DNA of 64,000 nucleotides from a virus. Under the pieces are notes generated by a model that saw only the letters and a program-made list of their open reading frames with translations, was not told where the DNA came from and made no database searches. The position numbers and the translations under genes were made by a program. Position 1 is the first letter of the stretch, and every line of letters starts with the position of its first letter. Where the stretch lies: positions 1 through 64,000 of IMG/VR virus record IMGVR_UViG_3300016665_000370, one strand, 5' to 3'. Shown piece after piece: positions 26,949-35,613 of the stretch.

Positions 26949-28126
26949 TTTACATCCTTTATTAAAAAATTTTCTATATCATCTGAAAAGATTTTATCTT
27001 CTGATAAAATCAAGAAGTTATTATAAATTTCTCGTGCAGCATTAAATTTGCAAATATTGATTTCTTTATTAATTAATTTTTTTGGTTTTATTTCTAAAAC
27101 ATTTTCTATTCCATTTAGATCTAAATAACTTACGTCTGGATAATAATATCTAAACCTTTTATTATAAAAAAACTTAATTCTTTTAGATTCAAAAACATCT
27201 AAAATAATTTTTTTACCAAGCAATTCATCCAATTTTTGGAATACTATTAGTTCCCATGAAGATCTATAAAATAATTTGCCATTTTTATTTTTAAAAAAAT
27301 ACCATCCTTTTTTAGATTTTTTGTATCCATTTTCTAAGCAATATAAACTATTTGTATTAAATCTATCAGAGATATACTCTGAATACATTAAATGTATTTT
27401 TTCATCTTGAATATTATCATTTTCTTTAATTAGATTTAAATTTTTTAAATGAGTTTTTTTCCATTTTATTTTATCATGATTAAAAAATTTTATTTCTTTT
27501 TTGTATTTTTTAATTAAATTATTTTTTTCATTTTCTTTAAAAGTATTCCATTTTTCATTTTCTATATTATAGTATAGACATACTGTTTTGATAGTAGCAT
27601 TTTTATAAGATATTTTTACATTTTCAATTGTACCATGTTTTTTTAATCTTCCATTTTTTATTTTTTCAACATGATTTGTTTTTTTATAAAAAAATGAATT
27701 AAATTTAGATTTTAATTCTTCATATGTTAAAGTATTTAGATCATCATTATTTATAATATTGTTATTTAACAATTCTTTTTTTAAGAAATTTATTCTTGCT
27801 TTTTTGCCAGATTTTGAATAAAAATTATGAACGTCTCCATATTTTTGTTTTATTGTTTTATTTTTTTTATTTATACTTTTTTTTGTGGATTCTGATTGAA
27901 AGCAAGAAAACAAACGTTCCATTTCTAAAATATTATTTTCATCAAATTGCACATTTTTATTTTTTAAAAATGTTATTAAAAATTTTTTTCTAACAATTCC
28001 AGATTTACGTAAACAATCATAAGAACAAGTGTCATTTAAATGAGATGATCTTTTACTATTAAAAATAAACTCTTTATTACATATATTGCATAATTTTTTC
28101 ATAGTATGATGCTCATTTAATGACAC
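26930..28126 (-). CDS. Free-standing putative homing endonuclease (N-terminal Zn finger, C-terminal TnsA-like PD-(D/E)XK domain)
   Basis: CNIC...CSYDC; FYRSSWE, YYYPD, LEIKPK; very basic; lies between the two nrdJ halves. Confidence 0.75.
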   Translation of the reverse strand: MSLNEHHTMKKLCNICNKEFIFNSKRSSHLNDTCSYDCLRKSGIVRKKFLITFLKNKNVQFDENNILEMERLFSCFQSESTKKSINKKNKTIKQKYGDVHNFYSKSGKKARINFLKKELLNNNIINNDDLNTLTYEELKSKFNSFFYKKTNHVEKIKNGRLKKHGTIENVKISYKNATIKTVCLYYNIENEKWNTFKENEKNNLIKKYKKEIKFFNHDKIKWKKTHLKNLNLIKENDNIQDEKIHLMYSEYISDRFNTNSLYCLENGYKKSKKGWYFFKNKNGKLFYRSSWELIVFQKLDELLGKKIILDVFESKRIKFFYNKRFRYYYPDVSYLDLNGIENVLEIKPKKLINKEINICKFNAAREIYNNFLILSEDKIFSDDIENFLIKDVKCLKNI

Positions 28127-28134
28127 TTTTTATT

Positions 28135-31100
28135 TTATGATATTTTTAGCTTATCACCGGTATTAATATCTTCTATGTACTTCCATTTATATGTATTTTC
28201 TTTTTCATCAAAAACATAAAATTGTTCTTTAGTAGTTACTTTTAATGATAAACCATTTTCTAATGTAACTTTGACAATTTTCTTCTCTCCCATGTTATGA
28301 AAATGACTTGGACTTACATAATTACCATCATGGTTCTTTAAAAGAATATTTTTATTATTTTCCAATGAATCCATAGAATTCATTTTATCAATATTAAAAA
28401 TTTCATCTAAATACATTAGCCCATTGTTTGTTTCAATTAATGAATCTTTTGTAACACAAGTTTTGCTTATGCTATGATCTATATATTTCTGAGCTATTGC
28501 TTGAATTTCTACTGACTTTAACCAATTAACATCATTTGATGTACCACCATAATAAGGAGATTTTGTTAAATCTTTTTCTCCTGTAATGTCCATCCATTCT
28601 TTTACCTTATGATGATAAACATCAAACTCTTGCCATCTATCTCCTAATGCATCTACGAAATCTACTCTTTCATTTTCCATAGATGGATTAATCTTCTTTC
28701 TTCTCTTATAAGATAGCAAATATGCTGGCTCTATTCCTGATGTTGTTTGAGTTAATGTAGAAACTGATCCTGTTGGCGCTGTTGTTAATAATGCTATGTT
28801 TCTTCTACCATAAGCATAATAAAGATCTTTTAGTTCTTTATCTTCTGATAGTAACAAAGAAATATATGGATTGTTTTCTTCAAGTTCTCTTTCAAATAAT
28901 GGGAATGTTCCTCTTTCTTTAGCTAATATACAAGTAGACTTGTATGCATTTAGTGCTAGTGTTTTGTAGATTTCTCCAGTCATTTTAACAGATTCATCTG
29001 AACCATATACAATTCCTAACATCGCTAAACAATCACCCAATGCTGTAATTCCATTTCCTGTTCTTCTTCCATTTACGCAAGAATCCAAGAACTTTGTCCA
29101 CATATTAATCTCAATTTGTTTTATTTCTTGTGGCTCTGGATCTTCTTCTAGTTTCCTAAGTATCTTATTTGTTTTCTCTATTTCTAGATCAATCAAATCA
29201 TCCATTAACCTTTGTGCTTTTTGTACTACCTCTCCAAAGAGTTTAAAATCAAAATAAGCATCTTTTGTAAATGGATTTTTTACGAATGTACTTAAGTTTG
29301 TTACTAACAATCTACAACTATCTAGACCGAGAGGAATTTCACCGCATGGATTAGTTGATGTTGTTTTAAAATTTGGATTCTTTACAGCATAACAATCTGC
29401 TGGAGAGTTATTTACTATACTATCCCAGAATAATATTCCTGGCTCGGCTGATAACCAAGCACACTTAATTATTTGATCCCAAATTTCTTTTGCATTTACT
29501 TCTTTTGTTACTAATGCTTCTGATATTGGCTTGTCTGTTGGATAATGTAAGGTAAACTTTGAATTTGATTTTACAGCCCTCATAAAATCATCTGTAATTC
29601 TAACAGAAATATTCGCTCCTGTAACTTTTCTTAAATCTTTTTTGATATTAATAAAAGTTTCAATTTCTGGATGTCTAATGTCAATAGATAACATTAGTGC
29701 TCCACGTCTACCACTATTATGAACATAAAGACCATTTCCAAAGAATAAATGCTCAGATTCCAAAACTAAATCATATACATCTTCCTCTCCGCTTACTTCT
29801 TCTATTGAAGTAACTTTATCTAAAAACAAAAATGTATCTTTATCAGAACCTAATTCTTCTTTTAATCTACTAAGAGTAGAATAACTTAGCTTATTTTCAT
29901 TACCTGCAATATAAAAATGTCTGCTTGCTATAGATCCAAAATCTTTTACTGTATAAATTGATTTTGAAAAATCTCTTCGCTTATTAACTAAAGCTAAATT
30001 CTTTATCTTAATACTTTCATTTAAATATTCTTTAAATATACTTTGATTTTTCTTACCATTAATTGATAAGGTATATAGATCACTCCATTTACCTTTTCTT
30101 TGCTGCCTATGAATTGTTGAAATAACTCCAAAGGCAGAAAGTACATTCTGCATTGTTTGTAGGAATTTTTCATTTATAGATGCAACTCTATAATATTTCT
30201 TTTTTACAGAGACATTTCCGTCTGCATCAAAGAATCCAGAAATAAATGAGAATAAAACTTCTTTCTTTGCAGAAAGTAAAGATTCTGGAAATACAATATC
30301 TTTTGATTTTTGCTTTAAAAGATTATTATGTTCTAGAAACTTAATAACTTCTTTTGAATGAATAACTACATCTGTAGAGTTATCGTTTTCTTTAGTTTTA
30401 ATGGTTGGACTTGTATTAAATACAACTTGAATGTTATTAATTAGCTTATCTTTAATTTCTGACCATTCATTAGATGTACATACAGAAATAGAATCTTTAT
30501 AAACACATCCATCTCCATACATTTGACCAAGAACATATGCTAATTCAATAGTTAGAGTAGTTGGTTGAGATATATCTTTCTTTCCAGAATAATCAATGGT
30601 TTTTAGATTAATTTCTGAACCTTCCCATCCATTGCCTATAATCTGAGAAACTTTAGATCCTACATGAATATCTTTTATTTGTTTTTCAGAATCAACGCAA
30701 TGTAAAACATGATCTTTGCTAGCAAATAGTTCTTTACCATGTTTTGTTTTTACTTTTACTAAAGATTTTTTATTCTTTAGTACTTTAAGTACATTTACCC
30801 ATTTCTTAGCTGTCCAAACCTTGTCATTTGGATTTACTTGAGAAATTGGTTTTAGTCCATTTAATGTAAGAACTAATGTATCTCCACGTAGACATTGAGC
30901 TACTTCTCTTGTAGTATTAGAGAATCTTTCCATAAAGATTCCAATACCATCGGTTGTTTTAGCTGCGTTATTTGTTACCATACCTTTTGGTCGAATGGTA
31001 GAAATATCAACACCTACTCCACATCTACGTTTCATTAGCTGAGCAAGCTCTTGATCAGTAGTTAGAATTCCACCATAAGAATCATAGGGAGGATTTACTA

Positions 31101-31410
31101 CAAAACAATTTCCTAGTGATTGAACATAAATATTGTTTCCAATACCAAACATTGGACTACCTTGTGGAACAATATATTTAAACTTATCTAGTAGATTGAA
31201 GATTTCATCTTCGCTCATTCCATTTTCGTATTTAGCTTCTATTCTAGCAAATTCTTTTGCCATTCTTTTATGCATATCTCTTGGAGTTAATTCTAGATAT
31301 TCTCCATTTTTATTTTGAAGCGCATATTTATCCACGAATACTTTTGCTGCTAATTCATCATTGTTAAAATATTTTAAAGACTCGCTATATACTTGATCGT
31401 ACTTATACAT
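28135..31410 (-). CDS. nrdJ: Class II (B12-dependent) ribonucleotide reductase, N-terminal part; contains a cis intein and a split-intein N half
   Basis: FVDKYAL, SLGNCFV, GRRGALM, HPEIETFI, GANISV, AEPGILF, TNPCGEI, SCRL, RRTGNG, TTAPTGSVS, TSGIEP, DHSISKT. Confidence 0.94.
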   Translation of the reverse strand: MYKYDQVYSESLKYFNNDELAAKVFVDKYALQNKNGEYLELTPRDMHKRMAKEFARIEAKYENGMSEDEIFNLLDKFKYIVPQGSPMFGIGNNIYVQSLGNCFVVNPPYDSYGGILTTDQELAQLMKRRCGVGVDISTIRPKGMVTNNAAKTTDGIGIFMERFSNTTREVAQCLRGDTLVLTLNGLKPISQVNPNDKVWTAKKWVNVLKVLKNKKSLVKVKTKHGKELFASKDHVLHCVDSEKQIKDIHVGSKVSQIIGNGWEGSEINLKTIDYSGKKDISQPTTLTIELAYVLGQMYGDGCVYKDSISVCTSNEWSEIKDKLINNIQVVFNTSPTIKTKENDNSTDVVIHSKEVIKFLEHNNLLKQKSKDIVFPESLLSAKKEVLFSFISGFFDADGNVSVKKKYYRVASINEKFLQTMQNVLSAFGVISTIHRQQRKGKWSDLYTLSINGKKNQSIFKEYLNESIKIKNLALVNKRRDFSKSIYTVKDFGSIASRHFYIAGNENKLSYSTLSRLKEELGSDKDTFLFLDKVTSIEEVSGEEDVYDLVLESEHLFFGNGLYVHNSGRRGALMLSIDIRHPEIETFINIKKDLRKVTGANISVRITDDFMRAVKSNSKFTLHYPTDKPISEALVTKEVNAKEIWDQIIKCAWLSAEPGILFWDSIVNNSPADCYAVKNPNFKTTSTNPCGEIPLGLDSCRLLVTNLSTFVKNPFTKDAYFDFKLFGEVVQKAQRLMDDLIDLEIEKTNKILRKLEEDPEPQEIKQIEINMWTKFLDSCVNGRRTGNGITALGDCLAMLGIVYGSDESVKMTGEIYKTLALNAYKSTCILAKERGTFPLFERELEENNPYISLLLSEDKELKDLYYAYGRRNIALLTTAPTGSVSTLTQTTSGIEPAYLLSYKRRKKINPSMENERVDFVDALGDRWQEFDVYHHKVKEWMDITGEKDLTKSPYYGGTSNDVNWLKSVEIQAIAQKYIDHSISKTCVTKDSLIETNNGLMYLDEIFNIDKMNSMDSLENNKNILLKNHDGNYVSPSHFHNMGEKKIVKVTLENGLSLKVTTKEQFYVFDEKENTYKWKYIEDINTGDKLKIS
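28138..28458 (-). mobile_element. Split intein N-fragment (107 aa)
   Basis: ISKT|CVTKDSLIETNNG...IVKVTLENGLSLKVTTKEQF...WKYIEDINTGDKLKIS then stop. Confidence 0.88.
29716..30894 (-). mobile_element. Intein (393 aa) with LAGLIDADG homing endonuclease in nrdJ
   Basis: EVAQ|CLRGDT...SKDH...LGQMYGDG...FISGFFDADG...GLYVHN|SGRRGA. Confidence 0.95.
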
Positions 31411-31424
31411 TATTCCTCATTTGT

Positions 31425-31461
31425 AAAAAATAAAGAATCTATTTTTTAGATAGATTCTTTA
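31425..31461 (-). terminator. Putative intrinsic terminator/hairpin between the sigma gene and nrdJ
   Basis: 12-bp inverted repeat TAAAGAATCTAT/ATAGATTCTTTA followed by a T-run on the minus strand. Confidence 0.55.
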
Positions 31462-31484
31462 CGTGGTTAATTTATATTTCACTA

Positions 31485-32111
31485 TTACTGACTAATTTCT
31501 TTTAGTTTTTTTAATGCACAATTTAATTTATAATTAATTTTAGACTTATCTATTCCTGATTTTTTACTATATTCTTCAAATGATAATTTGTCTTTATTTA
31601 TACCATAAAGGTTTTCTATAATATCTTTGTCTTCTTTTGATAATTCATTTATTTTTTCATTCAACCATTTATAATTTATTTTTTTAATAAATTTATATTC
31701 TGGTGAATTGTTAGCATCTTCTAGGTTTAAAGGAATTTGATCTATTTTGGGAGGTGTTTTTTTAGCTACTGCAATTGGGATTCTTACTGTTGAATAAGCA
31801 TTTGCTGATCTATAAATTCTTGTATCTATATATTTATGCAGCCACCAAAAAATAGATCCTTTTGAAGAATCAAAGTTTTTTAAACCCATTACCAAAGCTT
31901 CATATGCATCTTGATTTAAATCTTCATAATTTGAAAATTTCTTATATTGAGAAGTTTTTGATAAGACCATATACTTGAATTTATCAACCATTAATTTTTC
32001 ATGGGAATTTAAAATTATTTTATCTTTTAAAGATTTAGTTTCATTGTATTTGTTTTTTAATTCAATTAATTTAGATAATAAATCGTTTGCTTCTTTTTCA
32101 GATATAGACAT
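31485..32111 (-). CDS. Phage sigma70-family RNA polymerase sigma factor
   Basis: YEDLNQDAYEAL...FDSSKG (region 2), TVRIP, C-terminal HTH (LSKEDKDIIENLYG). Confidence 0.85.
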   Translation of the reverse strand: MSISEKEANDLLSKLIELKNKYNETKSLKDKIILNSHEKLMVDKFKYMVLSKTSQYKKFSNYEDLNQDAYEALVMGLKNFDSSKGSIFWWLHKYIDTRIYRSANAYSTVRIPIAVAKKTPPKIDQIPLNLEDANNSPEYKFIKKINYKWLNEKINELSKEDKDIIENLYGINKDKLSFEEYSKKSGIDKSKINYKLNCALKKLKEISQ

Positions 32112-32117
32112 AATACC

Positions 32118-32303
32118 TTAACTGTAATTTGAAGACGCCCAACCGCCTCCTTTTAGTATAAATCCGGTACCCTTACTAATCAAGCGCCTCACGGCAGTTT
32201 CTAAATTATTTTTTTTACATTCTGGACAAAATTCAATTGTCTCAGAAATTTTATGTTCAATTTCCATTACTCCATGAATAGAACATTCATACTCATAAAT
32301 CAT
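32118..32303 (-). CDS. FmdB-like zinc-ribbon protein
   Basis: IYEYECSIHG, CPEC, RRLIS..GFILKGGGW. Confidence 0.85.
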   Translation of the reverse strand: MIYEYECSIHGVMEIEHKISETIEFCPECKKNNLETAVRRLISKGTGFILKGGGWASSNYS

Positions 32304-32629
32304 GACTTCCTCCTAAACATTTTTCCAAAATCTCTACGTATTTGTTCTTTTTGAACAGTATTAGATTGATATTTAGATTCTCCTACAAGATTTGCTAAGT
32401 AATTTTCATTTCTTTCAGATTCTCTCTTAATCTTGTTTACTTCTTCTTTCATTTTTTCTTTAAACTCATCTGGATTTAGTTCCATTCTAGCTCCACCTTC
32501 ACAATTAATTAATCTACGTACTGCTTCTGCATTACAAGCAGGACAGAACTTTGGTGGATTATCTTTAATTGAATATTCAGCTTCCCATTCATGATTACAT
32601 GCATCACATTTATGTAAATACGTTATCAT
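32300..32629 (-). CDS. FmdB-like zinc-ribbon protein with helical extension
   Basis: TYLHKCDACNHEWE, CPAC, VRRLI. Confidence 0.8.
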   Translation of the reverse strand: MITYLHKCDACNHEWEAEYSIKDNPPKFCPACNAEAVRRLINCEGGARMELNPDEFKEKMKEEVNKIKRESERNENYLANLVGESKYQSNTVQKEQIRRDFGKMFRRKS

Positions 32630-32638
32630 TTTCTCCTA

Positions 32639-34024
32639 TTAAAATCCTTGTAAATCTTCCATATATTCTGACAAATCATTTGCATCAATAAAGCTTTCTT
32701 CAAACTCAAGCTTATTATCTAATAATGTACCGCAAGATAAATTCTTTAATAAAGAACCTTTTCCTAATTGACCTTCTCGATTCTTTATAATAAAATACTC
32801 CATATCCGTATATTGAGATTCATTTTGTCTTGTATGTATTTGTACAGCTATATTTGCATTGGTTACAATCAAACTAGATCTACCAATTCTATGCATACCG
32901 ATTTTTTCTTCTGTATCTTTTGTTGGTTTTACTCTATTAAGCTGAACTGCACTTAATACAATTAATTTATGAACTCGACCAAACTCATGAACTCCTTCGG
33001 ATATCTTTCCTAGTTTTAACCAATCATCCATTCCTTTATCATTCTCATAATCCATTAGACCTAAATAGTCAATAGATACTACTCTTGGTAAGAAAGAAGA
33101 TTTAGTTTCTTCATATATTGATTCTATAACCTCAACTGTAACTCCTCTAGGAGCATCTACAATTTCAAACTGATATGGATATCTTTTTATAAAGTCTAAT
33201 GCTTTTTTTACTCTTAATTGCTCTTCTTTATTTAAAGAAGCATTCTTTAGTTTCTTTGTTTCTACATTAGCCAATCTTGCAAGAACTCGATGAAAACAAG
33301 GTTCCAATGGCATTTCTAATGAAAAGTATAAAACATTAGAACCTTCTGTAAAATCAACAGAATCTATTGTATTATTCTGTAACCACATCTGTATTGACAT
33401 GTTCATCAATAACATTGACTTACCAGAATTTGATTCTCCACATATTAATACAAATTCTCCATCTTGAAGTCCATTTGTATATTCATCAAATGCAGAATAA
33501 CCTGTTTTCACACTATCATTTAATTCTTTACCATTCTTTCTTGCTTCTAGTTTTGCATTATATTTTTCTGTAAAAGTAGAAATAGAATCTTTTAATGATT
33601 TCTTTTCAAATGCTTTTTTTCTATTTAAACTATTTACTTCATTAACTACTGATTTTATCTTTGGTAAAGAACTTAGTGCATCTGTAGAATTTAATAGTTC
33701 TTCTTTTAATGCTTCTAATTTATTAGAAGCATATCTTTGTTTTATCTTTTCAAGATCATGCTTAAATTCTTTTTCATTGTATTGAATTGTTTCTAATTTG
33801 TTCCAAGTCTTTTCTATTGTTTCAACTAACTTTTCATTTTTTATTCTTTCTTTTAATACTCTTAATGTAGGAACATCTTTGTTAGCAGAAATATATTTTA
33901 AAACAGTACTTGCAAAGGAGAAGTATTCTGTTTCAAAAAAGTTTACATTACATTCATACAAAAAATCTTGAGCTAAGTTCTTATTAGAACATATTGCTTT
34001 TAAAATATTTAAATCTAAATTCAT
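32639..34024 (-). CDS. dnaB: DnaB-like replicative helicase
   Basis: GESNSGKS, YFSLEM, IDYLGLM, SAVQLNR, IKNREG. Confidence 0.92.
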   Translation of the reverse strand: MNLDLNILKAICSNKNLAQDFLYECNVNFFETEYFSFASTVLKYISANKDVPTLRVLKERIKNEKLVETIEKTWNKLETIQYNEKEFKHDLEKIKQRYASNKLEALKEELLNSTDALSSLPKIKSVVNEVNSLNRKKAFEKKSLKDSISTFTEKYNAKLEARKNGKELNDSVKTGYSAFDEYTNGLQDGEFVLICGESNSGKSMLLMNMSIQMWLQNNTIDSVDFTEGSNVLYFSLEMPLEPCFHRVLARLANVETKKLKNASLNKEEQLRVKKALDFIKRYPYQFEIVDAPRGVTVEVIESIYEETKSSFLPRVVSIDYLGLMDYENDKGMDDWLKLGKISEGVHEFGRVHKLIVLSAVQLNRVKPTKDTEEKIGMHRIGRSSLIVTNANIAVQIHTRQNESQYTDMEYFIIKNREGQLGKGSLLKNLSCGTLLDNKLEFEESFIDANDLSEYMEDLQGF

Positions 34025-34722
34025 TTACCTCTAAAGTCCTGACCTAATACTGGAATTGATTCTACATATCCAGAAAATAAAGAAGATAAACTGCTTTTTA
34101 ATTGACCAGAAAATGCATTTAATACATTTGGACTATTTGTAGCCATTAATGTTGGTATTTTGTTTTGAGATCTTGTTCTAAAGATGTTTTCTAATGTTCT
34201 TGCATATAAATCACTTGCACTTTCTGATCCTATAAATCTTCCATCAAATTCATCTATTACAAGAAAATCTACTGTCGTAAGCTCTTTTCTAATTATAAAC
34301 TTTTCATCAATATTTGAATTAAATACACTTACAATATCACTCAATGTAGTGTATAAACATGTGTAATCTTTTACACATGCAGCTTTCAATATATTGCATA
34401 AAACAGTACTTTTACCTACACCATGAGATCCGCATAAACAAATAGATTTTCCTTTTGTATAAGATTCTTTTAAATCAGCAACATATTCATCATGTTTTTT
34501 AAGTAAGTTTTTTTCTCCTTTAAAATCTTTCATCCAAAGATCCCAATATTCTACAGGAATGTTTGAATTATAAAATCTATTAATGGAAATAATCTTGATT
34601 GATTTTATTTTTTCACTAATATCATTCTGATTTTTTATTTCTTGTATTTTTAATTCTAATTTTTTTATTGGAATATTGTTTAGGGATTTTGAGTGCTGAA
34701 ATGTTTGGAGTTCCATATGCAT
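34021..34722 (-). CDS. DnaC/IstB-like AAA+ helicase loader
   Basis: GSHGVGKS, FLVIDE, R.QNKIPT..ATN, GQDFR; adjacent to dnaB. Confidence 0.88.
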   Translation of the reverse strand: MHMELQTFQHSKSLNNIPIKKLELKIQEIKNQNDISEKIKSIKIISINRFYNSNIPVEYWDLWMKDFKGEKNLLKKHDEYVADLKESYTKGKSICLCGSHGVGKSTVLCNILKAACVKDYTCLYTTLSDIVSVFNSNIDEKFIIRKELTTVDFLVIDEFDGRFIGSESASDLYARTLENIFRTRSQNKIPTLMATNSPNVLNAFSGQLKSSLSSLFSGYVESIPVLGQDFRGK

Positions 34723-35038
34723 TCTCTTTTTCTAAAATAACATCATCTTCAACTGTAGAAAACTCATCTTCATTTTTTTCAAAAGTAGAAAATAAATCTT
34801 TAATTTTCTTTTTTTCTATTTTTATTTCTTTTATTTTTTCATTTGCAACTTTTGTTGCATGTTCATGAATTAAATCTTCGTTTACTTTTTTAGTAACTTT
34901 TATAAAAAGTATTTTTGATAAATTTATATTTTCATAAACACAATCTTGATTTTCAATTATTAAAGGATTGATACTTATAACCTTTCCTTCAATTGAACTT
35001 GATTCAAATGTTATTTTTATATTGTCATTTAAATTCAT
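34622..35038 (-). CDS. Hypothetical protein
   Basis: 138-aa ORF in the replication operon; long 3' overlap with the next gene. Confidence 0.55.
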   Translation of the reverse strand: MNLNDNIKITFESSSIEGKVISINPLIIENQDCVYENINLSKILFIKVTKKVNEDLIHEHATKVANEKIKEIKIEKKKIKDLFSTFEKNEDEFSTVEDDVILEKENAYGTPNISALKIPKQYSNKKIRIKNTRNKKSE

Positions 35039-35580
35039 ACAACCCTTGAAATAAATGATAAATCAATTCCTAGATTTTTAATTGATTTTGATTGTTCATT
35101 ATCTGACTGCATAATAAATGCTAGATCTCCATATGTCAAAATAGATTCATTTATGTCTTTTATTTTTTCAATCAATTCTTTTGGCAATGACATAGATCTA
35201 TCTATCGTTGCAAAAATTTGATTTGAATAATATTTTGATTTAAATTCTCTTATATTATCTTCTTTTGTAAGAAAACTAATAGATGTAAACTTTCTTTTTA
35301 ATTTTGTTGTTTTTGTAGCAAATAACCAATCTATATAAGTTTTTAGAACTTCTGGATCACTTGAAAGATTAATATATAATTTGTTAATATTAAACATTTC
35401 AAATGATTTTGATGGTTGAGGCGCATTGAACTTAAATTCATAATCACATGAATATTTTTCTTTATACTTTTTACAAAAATATCCAAGAATTCCAGTCTTA
35501 GACCAAAACTTATGTTCTACAGTTTCGATTTCTTTAAATTTTTCAAATAGTTTTTCATAATGAATATTTGGTGCTTCCAT
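35035..35580 (-). CDS. Hypothetical protein in the replication module
   Basis: 181-aa ORF upstream of the loader and helicase genes. Confidence 0.7.
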   Translation of the reverse strand: MEAPNIHYEKLFEKFKEIETVEHKFWSKTGILGYFCKKYKEKYSCDYEFKFNAPQPSKSFEMFNINKLYINLSSDPEVLKTYIDWLFATKTTKLKRKFTSISFLTKEDNIREFKSKYYSNQIFATIDRSMSLPKELIEKIKDINESILTYGDLAFIMQSDNEQSKSIKNLGIDLSFISRVV

Positions 35581-35583
35581 AAT

Positions 35584-35606
35584 AAAAAAAGGGAGCTAAA
35601 CTCCCT
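35584..35606 (-). terminator. Intrinsic terminator after the SF2 helicase gene
   Basis: Minus strand AGGGAG-TTTAG-CTCCCT followed by a T-run. Confidence 0.7.
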
Positions 35607-35613
35607 ATCCTCC

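Noticed and set aside
26930-28135. Group I intron or stop-codon recoding as the explanation for the split nrdJ
   Set aside because: The gaps between the ORFs are 8 nt or overlapping, leaving no room for a ribozyme core. Both halves carry complementary intein motifs, and TAA, TGA and TAG all act as stops elsewhere in the window.
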